A stretch of 64,000 nucleotides of DNA, taken from NCBI GenBank assembly GCA_044229845.1, contig JBGASG010000003.1, forward strand, positions 96,001 to 160,000, given 5' to 3'. The position numbers and the translations under genes are program-made. Origin of the DNA: Candidatus Obscuribacteraceae bacterium. Lineage in GTDB: Bacteria; Cyanobacteriota; Vampirovibrionia; Obscuribacterales; Obscuribacteraceae. The notes beneath the pieces are model-generated. The model did not search any database. It saw only the letters and a list, made by a program, of their open reading frames with translations, and had not been told where the DNA came from. Position 1 is the first letter of the stretch. The number at the start of each line of letters is the position of its first letter. Shown here piece by piece: positions 48,795 to 58,718 of this stretch.

Positions 48795-50339
48795 CTAAAC
48801 TCCCTCTGTTTGCTGCACCGTGGGCGGTGGCATTGTCTGTGAGGACGGTGTCTTCGGGGGCATCAGTTTCATTAAAGCGAGATGCGAAATACCCGCCGCC
48901 GCGAAGCCTACGAACCAGCCATAACTATACAGCGGTTTTAAAGGTTCGAAGATCAGTCCGATCCAGGCAAAGAAGCAACCCAGCAAGGTAGCCGCAACCG
49001 CGCGCCAGTTCCAGCCGGCATCGTACGTGTAGGAGCCTTTCAGCAAGTAAAGATCCGGCAGATTCAGTTGCTTGTGCCGCAAGACCCAGTAGTCAACAAT
49101 CATGACTGCGGCAATCGAGCCCAGTCCGCCGGAGTAGCCAACCAACCATCCATCGATATACCGTTCGGGATTTTCGAGCAGTTTCCAGGGCATCATGCCC
49201 ACGCCGATGATGCCGGTGATCAGCCCTCCCGTCCGAAAAGAGATGTAGCGGGGGAAGGCATTGGCGAAGTCATTGGCAGGCGAGACGACATTTGCAGCGA
49301 TGTTCACTGCCAGAGTCGCCACTGCCACCGTAAACATCGCTACAGCTACCAGAATCGGCTGCTCGAAGTGCCCGATCAGTTGCACGGGGTCCCACAGTTG
49401 TTTCATGGGCACGCCCGGGTAAATCACGACGGCAGCAGACGTAATAACGACGCCCAGCGCAGCAAACACCGTCATCGCCGACGGCAGTGCTACCACCTGC
49501 CCGATCGTCTGTTCCCGTTGGCTGCGTCCGAAACGCGTGAAGTCAGGCATGTTGAGGGAAAGCGTAGCCCAAAATCCAATCATCGCCGTCAGGGCCGGCA
49601 CGAACTGGGGCAAGAACTTCCCAAGTGTGTCGAATTTTCCTTGATCCTGAAGCATGTGACCGAGTCCATGAGCTTGATTGACAGCCCATGCGGCCAGCAA
49701 GATGGTCATGATCAGAACAAATGGCGCCGCCAGGCTCTGCACGTATTTGAGCAGACCCATACCCTTATATATGATGAATATCTGCAGCCCCCAGAAGACG
49801 GCGAAGCAAGCCCACTGGGCAACGGAGAATCCGCCCAGCTCAGGCAGCTGGGCAATGGCAGGGCTAATCACTTTCAAAGCCGTATAAATGGCGCTCCCAC
49901 CAATCCATGTCTGGATGCCGAACCAACCGCAAGCAACCAGCGCTCGCATGAGCGCCGGTACATTGGAGCCGATCGTGCCGTAACTGGCGCGCGCAAAGAC
50001 GGGGAAGGGAATACCGTATTTGGTGCCTGGGTGAGAATTCAGCAGGATCGGAATCAATACAATCAGATTGCCGAGCAAAATGGTCAGCAAGGCTTGCCAC
50101 CAGTTCATGCCGCCGGCTATCAACCCCGATGACAGCATATAGGTGGGGATGCAGGCCGACATGCTCATCCACAGCGCGGCATAGTTCCAGGTCGACCAGT
50201 CGCGGCGTGCCACCGGCACTGGTGCAAGGTCATGGTTGTAGAGAGGGCTTCCCGAAATCAGCGACTCGTCTTTGAGATCGACCCGCCCGTCCGTGTGTTG
50301 TACGGTCTGTTCAGTGGAGACCGCCAGCGAATCAGACAT
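48795..50339 (-). CDS. NCS1 nucleobase:cation symporter-1 family permease
   Basis: NHDLAP, GTKYGIPFPVFARASYG, ACGWFGIQTWIGG and LSLNMPDFTRF motifs. Confidence 0.96.
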   Translation of the reverse strand: MSDSLAVSTEQTVQHTDGRVDLKDESLISGSPLYNHDLAPVPVARRDWSTWNYAALWMSMSACIPTYMLSSGLIAGGMNWWQALLTILLGNLIVLIPILLNSHPGTKYGIPFPVFARASYGTIGSNVPALMRALVACGWFGIQTWIGGSAIYTALKVISPAIAQLPELGGFSVAQWACFAVFWGLQIFIIYKGMGLLKYVQSLAAPFVLIMTILLAAWAVNQAHGLGHMLQDQGKFDTLGKFLPQFVPALTAMIGFWATLSLNMPDFTRFGRSQREQTIGQVVALPSAMTVFAALGVVITSAAVVIYPGVPMKQLWDPVQLIGHFEQPILVAVAMFTVAVATLAVNIAANVVSPANDFANAFPRYISFRTGGLITGIIGVGMMPWKLLENPERYIDGWLVGYSGGLGSIAAVMIVDYWVLRHKQLNLPDLYLLKGSYTYDAGWNWRAVAATLLGCFFAWIGLIFEPLKPLYSYGWFVGFAAAGISHLALMKLMPPKTPSSQTMPPPTVQQTEGV

Positions 50340-50355
50340 GTTTGTGCCTCTGCCT

Positions 50356-51852
50356 CTAGAACTTTTGCATGGTCGCCGAGATATCTATGAACGTGCGCAT
50401 CACGTGCTCGAGCGCCAATAAACCCATTTCGCCCTCTGAAAGTTCAGGAGCGACATTGCGCACATCAAGGCTGGCGGAATCAGCCTGCACCGTCAGGCTA
50501 CTGAGAGCCGGAAACTTCTGGGCAGCCTTGGCGAGCGCCTGATTGAGGACGAAACGCACCTCGTTTTTGCTCGTGATCGCCGACAGGTTGAGCATGATCG
50601 AATTGATCGAATTGACCATGGTGACGAAGTTTTTCACCGGTACCGAACTGAGGGCGATCTCGCCCGTCATGCGCGCACCGGTGGCAGTCATTTTGCGCAG
50701 TTCGCTGGTCGCTTTAGCGGCACCGGGCTTGGCAAACCCGCCGGTCATGCGCATAGTGGAGGCCAGCTTCTGGCTTTCACCGGTGGCCTCGCCAATCTTG
50801 CGCAACATGGACAGACCTTCGGCTGCCGTTTGATCGCGCGCCACATAATTTTCTTTGACGGCAAAACTGATGATCGACAACACAGTGTATCGATCGACCG
50901 GCATCTGGTCACAGACTTCTTCCACAGTGCAACCGGCTTCCATGAGCAGCCAGACCTTGCCTGCCCACTGCGCTTCCGACTCCGGCAGGGAGGTCCAAAC
51001 AGGGAGTTTGCCCTTTTGCGTATATATAGTGTCCGGCCAACCGACTTCTTCCATTGTGCGCTTCAATTCATCCTGCCGGCGCGCACCTTCGATCATCAGC
51101 ATGTGTGGAGGTTTCTGACTGAGCGAAGTATTCTCGGGAATAACTCCCACGTCGCGCTGCTCGAAAGTAAAGTCGTAGGGATCGCTGCGCGACATCAACT
51201 CATAGAGTGCGATTTCACCCGCCAACTGATTGTAAGTGGCGTTGATCAACTTGCCTTTTTTGAGAGCCAGGGTGGCCACCGGCTTGGCACCGCGAGCAAA
51301 CAGGGCAATCACACCGTCCTTATTCGAACTGAGCGCCGCCTGGATGACTGTTGCCAGGTCGAAAAATGCCAGATTGCCCTGCAACGCCGCGGGCTTGAAC
51401 GGCAAAACGCCTGCCATACGCTTGTTGATGATGTCGGCAATAGCAGCCGTCACTTCCGGAAACTTTTTAGTCAGCTCCTTGAGTGAATCGTTAGGAAGCC
51501 GCAGCAAGGTAGCCGTCTCCGGCACTCGCACAGTGGCGCTGCGTGCGCTCTCGTGCAAATAGCCCATTTCGCCGAAACATTCGCCGGCGGTCAGGTATGC
51601 CACCACCTGAGATGGCTCGCCATCACTAACAACTTCCACGGCGCCCTCTTCAACGATAAAGATGGCGTCGGCCTTCTCACCTTTCTTGAAGACGACGTGT
51701 CCGGGACCGCAGAGGACGGTTTCGAACAGCTCACTCAAGTTTTGCAGGGTTTGACTTTCAAGGCTCTGGAAGATGGAACTCTCTTTGAGGAAAGCAGCCA
51801 CCTCCTTGCCTGTTTCCTCCAAAATGTTTTCGATTGTGGTGCTGTCAGACAC
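50356..51852 (-). CDS. Cyclic-nucleotide-binding + DUF4388-like protein
   Basis: GECFGEM...RSATV cNMP cassette; LQGNL..FDL..VIQ and MIEGARRQDE. Confidence 0.88.
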   Translation of the reverse strand: MSDSTTIENILEETGKEVAAFLKESSIFQSLESQTLQNLSELFETVLCGPGHVVFKKGEKADAIFIVEEGAVEVVSDGEPSQVVAYLTAGECFGEMGYLHESARSATVRVPETATLLRLPNDSLKELTKKFPEVTAAIADIINKRMAGVLPFKPAALQGNLAFFDLATVIQAALSSNKDGVIALFARGAKPVATLALKKGKLINATYNQLAGEIALYELMSRSDPYDFTFEQRDVGVIPENTSLSQKPPHMLMIEGARRQDELKRTMEEVGWPDTIYTQKGKLPVWTSLPESEAQWAGKVWLLMEAGCTVEEVCDQMPVDRYTVLSIISFAVKENYVARDQTAAEGLSMLRKIGEATGESQKLASTMRMTGGFAKPGAAKATSELRKMTATGARMTGEIALSSVPVKNFVTMVNSINSIMLNLSAITSKNEVRFVLNQALAKAAQKFPALSSLTVQADSASLDVRNVAPELSEGEMGLLALEHVMRTFIDISATMQKF

Positions 51853-51861
51853 GTTGTTTAC

Positions 51862-53862
51862 TTAGTCTCCGCTTTTGGCACTCTCTGCTTTCGGCAGACG
51901 TTTGATGTACTCGGCTCGTTGTTCGTAAGTCTCGGCTTCCTTTATGCGCTTCTGTGCTCGCAAAACACGAGCGAAGTGTACGAGCGACACAGCCACTTCC
52001 GGATGATTTTCGCCGTACGCGGATTCTCTGATTTCCAACGCCAACTCGCATTGCGTTTCAGCGTTCGAGAGATCTCCCTGCGCCACATAGACTTGGGCAA
52101 GACGATCCAGCACCGAAGCTATGTCCTGGTGCATGTCCGAACCGAGAGCGTTCTGCTTCAGTTTTACCAGACGCCGGAAGCACTGCTCCGCTTCCGGATA
52201 CTTTTCCGACATGTGGTAGCAATCGCCAAGGTGCTCCAGAGTCGGAATGATCTTGGCGCTGTCCCGTCCCAGAGCGGCTTCCTGGATAGAAAGGGCCGAC
52301 TTGAAAAAGTTGATCGCCGCTTCGTAGTTCTCTCTGGTTTCATTCAACTCAGCGATCTGGTGCAATGTGAATGCGACATCGACGTGATCTTTTCCCATCG
52401 CCTCCTGGCGAATCTGCAGCACGCGCCAGAGCAGCGGCTCTGCTTCCGCGTCGCGCTTCTGCACCAGATATAGTTGCGCCAGTTTAGACAGCCCGGTGGC
52501 AATCTCGGGGTCCTTGCTGTTGAACTCTTTTTCGAGAATCAATAGCGCTCGCTTGTAGCTGCCTTCAGCATCGGTATAACGCTTCTGCTCAAACTGACAA
52601 TCACCCAGCTTGAGGCTGGTGAGGGCTACACCAGTGTGTGATGAACCGAGCGCGCGCTCGGCGGTGTTCAACTCGTCTGTGAGCACCATGAGTTTGCGCA
52701 GTCCGGCCGTGGTGAGAGAATCCATCTCCCAACCGATACGCTCAACAGCGACGTGGAAGTCGACCTTGTCCTGAGCGCAAACGGCCAGAGCCCGCGTCGC
52801 CAGTTGCAGGGGCAAAACGCCATCGGCGACCAACAATTGAGCCTTCAAAACCTGCCGCAGATCATCTTCTTCGATCATCTGCAGTTTCACCAGCGCCTGA
52901 CCCAGTGGCAACTTTTGCAAGCTGGAGTAGTGCATGGCGTCATTGAACTGTTCTTGCGTCAGCAGCTGCGATTCTAATAAAAGCTCACCCACACGTTTAC
53001 GCTCTTTGGACTTCTTGCCTTTGTCTTTCCAGAAATTGGCCAAGTGACGCAGAGATTGAGTAACCAGAGTGTGTCCTGGTCCCAGCAACTTCTCTCGGAT
53101 GCGCAAAGCCGAAAGGAAAAAGGGCTCGGCCTCGTTGGGACGCATTTGAGCGTCGACAATTTTGCCGATTGTGTGAAGACTCTTCGCGCCTTCCAGGCTG
53201 TCGGCACCATAAGTCGACTGCACGATGTCGTGGTTGCGCCAGGCGAGCGCCTCGGCATCGGTGAAGCGCAGGTCCTGATAGTAAAGATCTATCAGTCGCT
53301 CCAAGATCGGCACAACCTTGACGCTCTTGGCGCCGTAGGCACGTTCGGCGTTTGCAAGCGCCCGCTTGTAGAGATGCTCGCTGCGGGAATGGTCCTTGGT
53401 GTGAGCATGCATGTCCGCAGCTCGTAAGAGATGCGGAATCAGCTCGCGATGATCGCCGCCAGTCTGCTGTTCGGCCTCCGCCAGTTCCATGTCGACAGCT
53501 TGCAATGCGGCGGTGCTGCTTTGTGGTTTCTCCGGCTCTGCCGATTCTTCGAAGGCTGCCAGGGCGTCGGCAACCGGAACACCGTCGAGCGCGGAAATCT
53601 GCAGAACAGCGACCGCCGCGTCCGCATCCACTTCGCCGGCAGCCAGAAGTTCTTGCACTTCCAGCGCCCTCTCCAGATCTTCTGTCGATAGCTGCTTGAG
53701 CAGGACCAGCACATCGCCGATGCGCATGTTGCGAGTGCCCGCCTCGGTCAAGGCGGAAGAAACCTGATCGGGTCGAATAATGCCCGCTTCAACGAGCAGC
53801 TCTCCCAGTTTCTTGGTTGTTGTCGCCGATTTCTTTTGCGGTGTCACCTTAATCAAACCCAT
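51862..53862 (-). CDS. TPR protein with two MshEN-like domains
   Basis: KLGELLVEAGII.../RIGDVLV...LEVQ and RVGELLL.../PLGQALV...LKAQ, plus TPR arrays. Confidence 0.85.
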   Translation of the reverse strand: MGLIKVTPQKKSATTTKKLGELLVEAGIIRPDQVSSALTEAGTRNMRIGDVLVLLKQLSTEDLERALEVQELLAAGEVDADAAVAVLQISALDGVPVADALAAFEESAEPEKPQSSTAALQAVDMELAEAEQQTGGDHRELIPHLLRAADMHAHTKDHSRSEHLYKRALANAERAYGAKSVKVVPILERLIDLYYQDLRFTDAEALAWRNHDIVQSTYGADSLEGAKSLHTIGKIVDAQMRPNEAEPFFLSALRIREKLLGPGHTLVTQSLRHLANFWKDKGKKSKERKRVGELLLESQLLTQEQFNDAMHYSSLQKLPLGQALVKLQMIEEDDLRQVLKAQLLVADGVLPLQLATRALAVCAQDKVDFHVAVERIGWEMDSLTTAGLRKLMVLTDELNTAERALGSSHTGVALTSLKLGDCQFEQKRYTDAEGSYKRALLILEKEFNSKDPEIATGLSKLAQLYLVQKRDAEAEPLLWRVLQIRQEAMGKDHVDVAFTLHQIAELNETRENYEAAINFFKSALSIQEAALGRDSAKIIPTLEHLGDCYHMSEKYPEAEQCFRRLVKLKQNALGSDMHQDIASVLDRLAQVYVAQGDLSNAETQCELALEIRESAYGENHPEVAVSLVHFARVLRAQKRIKEAETYEQRAEYIKRLPKAESAKSGD

Positions 53863-54078
53863 CTCCGCCAAGCCACATGTATATATTACGCGGTACAAGA
53901 CCTCACTGAATACCATACCCAGTCATAGCCTCTTGTTTTCAATCACTTTCAGTACCAGCTGACAGGCGTGATGCAAAAGCCGCAAACCCAACAGCAGTTG
54001 AGGTTTACAGGTTTAGGAGCGGCACCCAAGCACAGTCGACACCTGGTAAAGTAGCCCACTGTTTGCCGGGAGTTGAAG

Positions 54079-55518
54079 ATGCGAATTTCAAAGAGGAAGT
54101 GGATGCGACGCGCGCAGGTAATGCTGGGCGCAGCCATGATCGCCTTCGGTGGCTGCATGCCGGAAGGCGGTTGCGAACCGGCGAAAAGCATCGATTTTGG
54201 CGCCGCCGCCAAAGAAGCCACACAAAATCTGTGCGATTACATCAGTGTCGACACCAGCGTTCCGCCTGGCAACGAACAGAAGGGCGCGGAGTTTCTCGCC
54301 GCCCTGCTGCGCAAAGACGGCATTGAAACGCAGCTTTACGAAACCGCTCCGGGCCGGGCCTGTGCTTACGCTCGATTGAAAGGAAACGGGAAAAAGCGAC
54401 CGATAATCTTGCTCAATCACATCGACGTCGTGCCCGCCAAACGCGAAGACTGGCAACACGATCCGTTCAAGGGCGCCGTCATCAACGGCGAAATCTACGG
54501 ACGCGGCGCACTGGACATGAAAGGCACGGGCATCGCTCAGCTGGAAGCTTTACTTCTCATCAAACGCTCCGGCATAGTCCCGGATCGGGACATCATTTTT
54601 TTGGCTACCCCCGACGAGGAAGTCGGAGGCATATTCGGAGCGGGCTGGTTCACCAAGAATCACCCGGAGTTAATTAAAGACGCAGAATACCTGCTCAATG
54701 AAGGATTTTTTATAGACACCACTGACAGTGGCAAGCACAAGTACTGGGGCATCGACATCTCGGAGAAGTCGCCACTGTGGTTGCGGCTAACAGCCAAGGG
54801 CGATGCCGGTCATGCATCCATGCCGATTCCCAACTCGGCCACCAATAGATTGGCACGAGCGATGGACCGGATTGTTCAGAATCCGCCGGGACCGGTGCTA
54901 CTGCCGGCGGTGCGGACCTTCTTCACCGATATCGCCAAAACCGAAGATGCCGATCTGGCAAAACTCTACACCAACATCGAAACATCTATAAGCAATTCGG
55001 CAGACTACAAACGGCTTCTGGAAGACAAATTAAAGTCAGCCATGCTGCGCAACACGGTGTCGCTGACGGTGATGAAAGCCGGTTACAAAACCAACGTCAT
55101 CCCCGGTGAAGCGGAATGCGAGCTGGACTGTCGGCTGCTGCCGGGAGTCAACAAAGACAAGTTCGTCGCTCAAATCAAGAAAACCATCGACGATCCGTCA
55201 ATTCAAGTCTCTGAGCTGGAGTGGGAGCACACCGACGCCTCCGCCTACGACACAGAACTCTTCCAGGTGATCAAATCGGTGGCCGCCAAAAACGATCCCG
55301 GTGTACCTGTAGTACCGCTGGTAGTACCGTGGTTCACCGACTCGCACTACTTCCGCGAATTCGGCACGATTGCCTACGGTTTCGAGCCGATCGCCATCGA
55401 TCCTACCCACCTGGCCACTATGCATGGCAAAGACGAAAGGGTGCCGGAGAAAGGTTTTGCCGACTGCGTGCGCATGACTTACGACATAATCGCCGGCATC
55501 TGCGGAGTAGCAAAATAG
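54079..55518 (+). CDS. M20/M25/M40 metallohydrolase, probable lipoprotein
   Basis: NHIDVVPA, GRGALDMKG, DEEVGG, GHAS and MHGKDER motifs; FGGC lipobox-like. Confidence 0.93.
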   Translation: MRISKRKWMRRAQVMLGAAMIAFGGCMPEGGCEPAKSIDFGAAAKEATQNLCDYISVDTSVPPGNEQKGAEFLAALLRKDGIETQLYETAPGRACAYARLKGNGKKRPIILLNHIDVVPAKREDWQHDPFKGAVINGEIYGRGALDMKGTGIAQLEALLLIKRSGIVPDRDIIFLATPDEEVGGIFGAGWFTKNHPELIKDAEYLLNEGFFIDTTDSGKHKYWGIDISEKSPLWLRLTAKGDAGHASMPIPNSATNRLARAMDRIVQNPPGPVLLPAVRTFFTDIAKTEDADLAKLYTNIETSISNSADYKRLLEDKLKSAMLRNTVSLTVMKAGYKTNVIPGEAECELDCRLLPGVNKDKFVAQIKKTIDDPSIQVSELEWEHTDASAYDTELFQVIKSVAAKNDPGVPVVPLVVPWFTDSHYFREFGTIAYGFEPIAIDPTHLATMHGKDERVPEKGFADCVRMTYDIIAGICGVAK

Positions 55519-55519
55519 A

Positions 55520-56530
55520 CTAGACGGACTGAATGCGCCGCGATATCAATGCTATCAACTCGGGAAAGTTGCGGCGCAACAAAGCGTCGGTATCCGGATG
55601 GCAGCCATTGCCGCAGGCGATGGCGAAGACCTCGGCAAATGCTTCTTCCTTGCCGGCATCTCCCGCCTGCAAGTAGTACTCCAGCATCCGTCTATCGTAG
55701 TCGGTAGACAGGCGTGCCACACCTTTGTTGTACGCAGCCGCGAACGCGGCGCTGTGCGAGTAGTTTTGCAGCATCTCGTCGACGGCATGCCCACATTCGT
55801 GCTTGAGAATGCCGAGCCGCCGGCGACCGTCATTGAGCGTCACCAGTTGCGGCGCTGCGCCTTCACTTTCGGCATACTCAGCCATGATCACTTGCTTGCT
55901 ACCGCGGTTGAACATGCCGAAAATGTTGTTCCAGGTCGTCGTACGCTGGTAGCCGCGCACCTGCCGCCCGCGTGTCGACGGCACCGCCGACGGTACTGTA
56001 CGGCTGAGCGTCAAGTGATAACCGGAGCGCTGCAGAGCAGCCCGGACGTTGATCGGTATACAAGTGAACTGTTGAGCGATCTCTCGCGCGAAGGCTTCGC
56101 TGACATTAGCGTTTCGTTTCATCAAAGACATGACATAAGGAGCAGTGAGACTGTCGACTACGCGCGGTCTGCCGGCAGCAGCCGGAGGGGGCGTTCGAAC
56201 AGCAGGCGCGAGCGCGGTCGACGCCGGCAGGCCAGGTAATGGTGGTGCCGCCAGCGTCTGCCCCGCAAGTTCCGGAGCTGTCCAGAGACTGTTATGCGTG
56301 AAGGCCGGCCACTGGGCACCCGCCTGCGAGGCGCGCGGCAAGACCGGCGGCTGGGCAGCAACGCCATACTCACGGATGACCGGCACCGGTGCCACCGCTT
56401 CAGTTTCCTGGAATACCGGTGCGCTACAAGCCATTGTCGACTGAACGGGCACCGCTAATAGAAGTCCAACAAGAAGAAACGATTTAAAACGCATGACACC
56501 ACAATCTATGGTGACATTCCGCCACCACAT
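55520..56530 (-). CDS. Exported zinc metallopeptidase, ATLF/PPEP-like domain
   Basis: HECGHAVD...EEAFAEVFA; signal peptide and Pro-rich linker. Confidence 0.75.
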   Translation of the reverse strand: MWWRNVTIDCGVMRFKSFLLVGLLLAVPVQSTMACSAPVFQETEAVAPVPVIREYGVAAQPPVLPRASQAGAQWPAFTHNSLWTAPELAGQTLAAPPLPGLPASTALAPAVRTPPPAAAGRPRVVDSLTAPYVMSLMKRNANVSEAFAREIAQQFTCIPINVRAALQRSGYHLTLSRTVPSAVPSTRGRQVRGYQRTTTWNNIFGMFNRGSKQVIMAEYAESEGAAPQLVTLNDGRRRLGILKHECGHAVDEMLQNYSHSAAFAAAYNKGVARLSTDYDRRMLEYYLQAGDAGKEEAFAEVFAIACGNGCHPDTDALLRRNFPELIALISRRIQSV

Positions 56531-56717
56531 CTCTCCAAATTACGACCAAATATTGCCGGTCAGGTGGCTATCGCCATCCCTGCCAACTTGCACAACTGGC
56601 TGTCTTGACGCGTCGCCTTCTGCTGTAGTTCCGAGCCAAACTAGAGCAAACCCATAACTGTGTTTGGGGTTTTTTGACAACGGTGCCAGGCATGTGATTG
56701 CGTTGCACTGCGAAAGC

Positions 56718-56803
56718 AAAAAATAACGGACCGTTTATTCAACGATCCGTTATTTGGGCTGGCTATCAGGGTTCGGTTTTTTTGTCGTCGGCATATTGCT
56801 GAC
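56718..56803 (-). ncRNA. Putative sRNA (second family), copy A
   Basis: TATTCT -10, 5' hairpin, A/C-rich linker, strong terminator plus T6. Confidence 0.6.
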
Positions 56804-56917
56804 TCTTTTAGAATAGCTTTCCCATGCGGTTTCTCACATGTGGAATCCGACCATTCTCGACTGCACAATTCCACAGTGCACGCTCTGCAATTGATTGCTG
56901 GTATAGGTCGACGATGC

Positions 56918-57003
56918 AAAAAATAACGGACCGTTTATTCAACGGTCCGTTATTTGGGCTGGCTATCAGGGTTCGGTTTTTTTGTCGTCGGCATATTGCT
57001 GAC
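56918..57003 (-). ncRNA. Putative sRNA (second family), copy B
   Basis: As copy A, with a single difference in the terminator stem. Confidence 0.6.
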
Positions 57004-57091
57004 TCTTTTAGAATAGCTCTGCCATGCGGTTTCTCACATGTAGAATCGGACCTTTCCCGACTGCACAATTGTGCAGTCGGCAGAAACAACC

Positions 57092-58588
57092 TCAGCCGGG
57101 CAGGCTGACGTGGGCAAGCCGGCTGATACCCTGTTCGATTTGCTCATCTGAAACTCCGGCATAGTTGAGCAAGAATTCGCCCCGTGGAGAATCACCGAGA
57201 TAAAAGCCGCGCGTAGAAGAGATTCCGACGCCGCGCTCACGACACAGCCGCACGATCTCATCATCTGACCGTGGAGAGTCTATACGAATCAAAACGTTGA
57301 TGCCGGCATTGTCACCCAGGATCGTAACGCGTCCGCCAAACTCCTTTCTCAATACATCCATCACTAAACCGCGCCGATGCTGATAGTGAGTCCGCATGCG
57401 GCGCACGTGGCGCTCCAGATGTCCCTGCTTGATAAAGTCTGTGAGCACCTGCTGCTCGAGCAAAGGCGAGTGGCGATCAACCAGCCACTTGGCGCGGGCG
57501 AAAACATCAATCAAGTTTTCGGGAACGGCGAGATAGCCAAGCCGCAAAGCCGGAAAAAGAACTTTCGAGAACGTGCCGATGTATATCACGGTTTGGTCGG
57601 TGTCGAGCCCGGCCAGGGCGGGAACCGGTCTGCCGACATACCGATATTCACTGTCGTAATCATCTTCGATCACGTATGCCGAATGCTTTTTGGCCCAGGC
57701 AAGCAGTTCGAGACGGCGTGGCAAACTGAGGACGACGCCGGTAGGAAACTGGTGAGATGGGGTGACGTATACAAGTTTCAAATTGGCGCTGGCGGGCACT
57801 TGCGAAACCACCAGTCCGGAAGCGTCAACGCCGAGGGGCACCAAATTCGCGCCCTGGACTTCGAATACTTTTTTGGCACCGATGTATCCGGGATTCTCAA
57901 TGCCGACCGCATCGCCGCGGTCGATCAAGACGCGCGCTACCAAATCTAGTGCTTGCTGAGATCCGTTGACTATGATCACCTGCTCCGGCTTGCACTGAAC
58001 GGCACGCGCTCGGGCCAGATAATCGGCAATCGCTTCACGCAATGGGAGGTAGCCCCGCGACTGGCTCGGGCAGTCGAGCTTCCAGAGTTGATTGGCTTTG
58101 GCACGCTGGTTCAATAATTGCAGCCAGACGCGCATCGGGAAATGCTCCAGATCCGGGCGGCCGAATGTAAATTGAATCTCCGGCTCGTCACCACCATAAT
58201 CGAGCCACTGCTTCTCATATAAGGATGCTCCCAGACGCGAGAGTCGAACCCGCATCGGTTTTCTGGGCAGCTGTTTTTCGGCGGCTTCACCGGCACGCTG
58301 ATCGGGTTTTCCCTTCTGCTGCGGTCGCAGTAGTTCATCAGGGAGCGTCTTGCATACATAGGTACCGGAGCCGGTGGTTGCTTCCAGATAACCTTCGCTG
58401 AGCAAATAATCATAAGAGGCCGTCACGGTCGCCCGAGAGATACCAAGAGAGTCGGCGAGTGCCCGGGTGGACGGCACCCGGGTACGGGGTGCCAGCCGCC
58501 CTGAAAGTATGGCCCGTCTTATCTCTTCGTACAGTTGCCGGTGAAGTGGAACGGCAGATTGGCTATCTAAAGTAACAGCAATTTCCAT
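57092..58588 (-). CDS. MocR/GabR (PdxR-like) PLP-dependent GntR-family regulator
   Basis: PSTRALA..LGISRATV HTH; YVTPSHQFPTG, IEDDYDSEYRY and GTFSKVLFPALRLGY motifs. Confidence 0.96.
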   Translation of the reverse strand: MEIAVTLDSQSAVPLHRQLYEEIRRAILSGRLAPRTRVPSTRALADSLGISRATVTASYDYLLSEGYLEATTGSGTYVCKTLPDELLRPQQKGKPDQRAGEAAEKQLPRKPMRVRLSRLGASLYEKQWLDYGGDEPEIQFTFGRPDLEHFPMRVWLQLLNQRAKANQLWKLDCPSQSRGYLPLREAIADYLARARAVQCKPEQVIIVNGSQQALDLVARVLIDRGDAVGIENPGYIGAKKVFEVQGANLVPLGVDASGLVVSQVPASANLKLVYVTPSHQFPTGVVLSLPRRLELLAWAKKHSAYVIEDDYDSEYRYVGRPVPALAGLDTDQTVIYIGTFSKVLFPALRLGYLAVPENLIDVFARAKWLVDRHSPLLEQQVLTDFIKQGHLERHVRRMRTHYQHRRGLVMDVLRKEFGGRVTILGDNAGINVLIRIDSPRSDDEIVRLCRERGVGISSTRGFYLGDSPRGEFLLNYAGVSDEQIEQGISRLAHVSLPG

Positions 58589-58601
58589 CGTCAAGCGGTC
58601 C

Positions 58602-58652
58602 AAAGTGGACTGGAAGTAAATCACAAAAGTGGCACTTACGCAAGTCCAATTT
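58602..58652. promoter_or_regulatory. Putative MocR/PdxR operator (two direct and one inverted repeat)
   Basis: AAAGTGGACT (58602), AAAGTGGCACT (58626), AGTCCAATTT (58643). Confidence 0.65.
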
Positions 58653-58718
58653 AAGCTGTAACCTGTGTTCTGTCCTGAGGGCATTAAGCCCGCACAAAGA
58701 AAGCGAACGGTGAATCTT

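Larger units (their letters stand above)
56716..57070. repeat. 155-bp direct duplication, 200-bp period
   Basis: 56716-56870 versus 56916-57070, 7 mismatches by manual comparison. Confidence 0.95.

Noticed and set aside
56641..57108. Short ORFs across the duplicated cassette as toxin or leader peptides
   Set aside because: They run through terminator hairpins, lack ribosome-binding sites and have no hydrophobic toxin-like character
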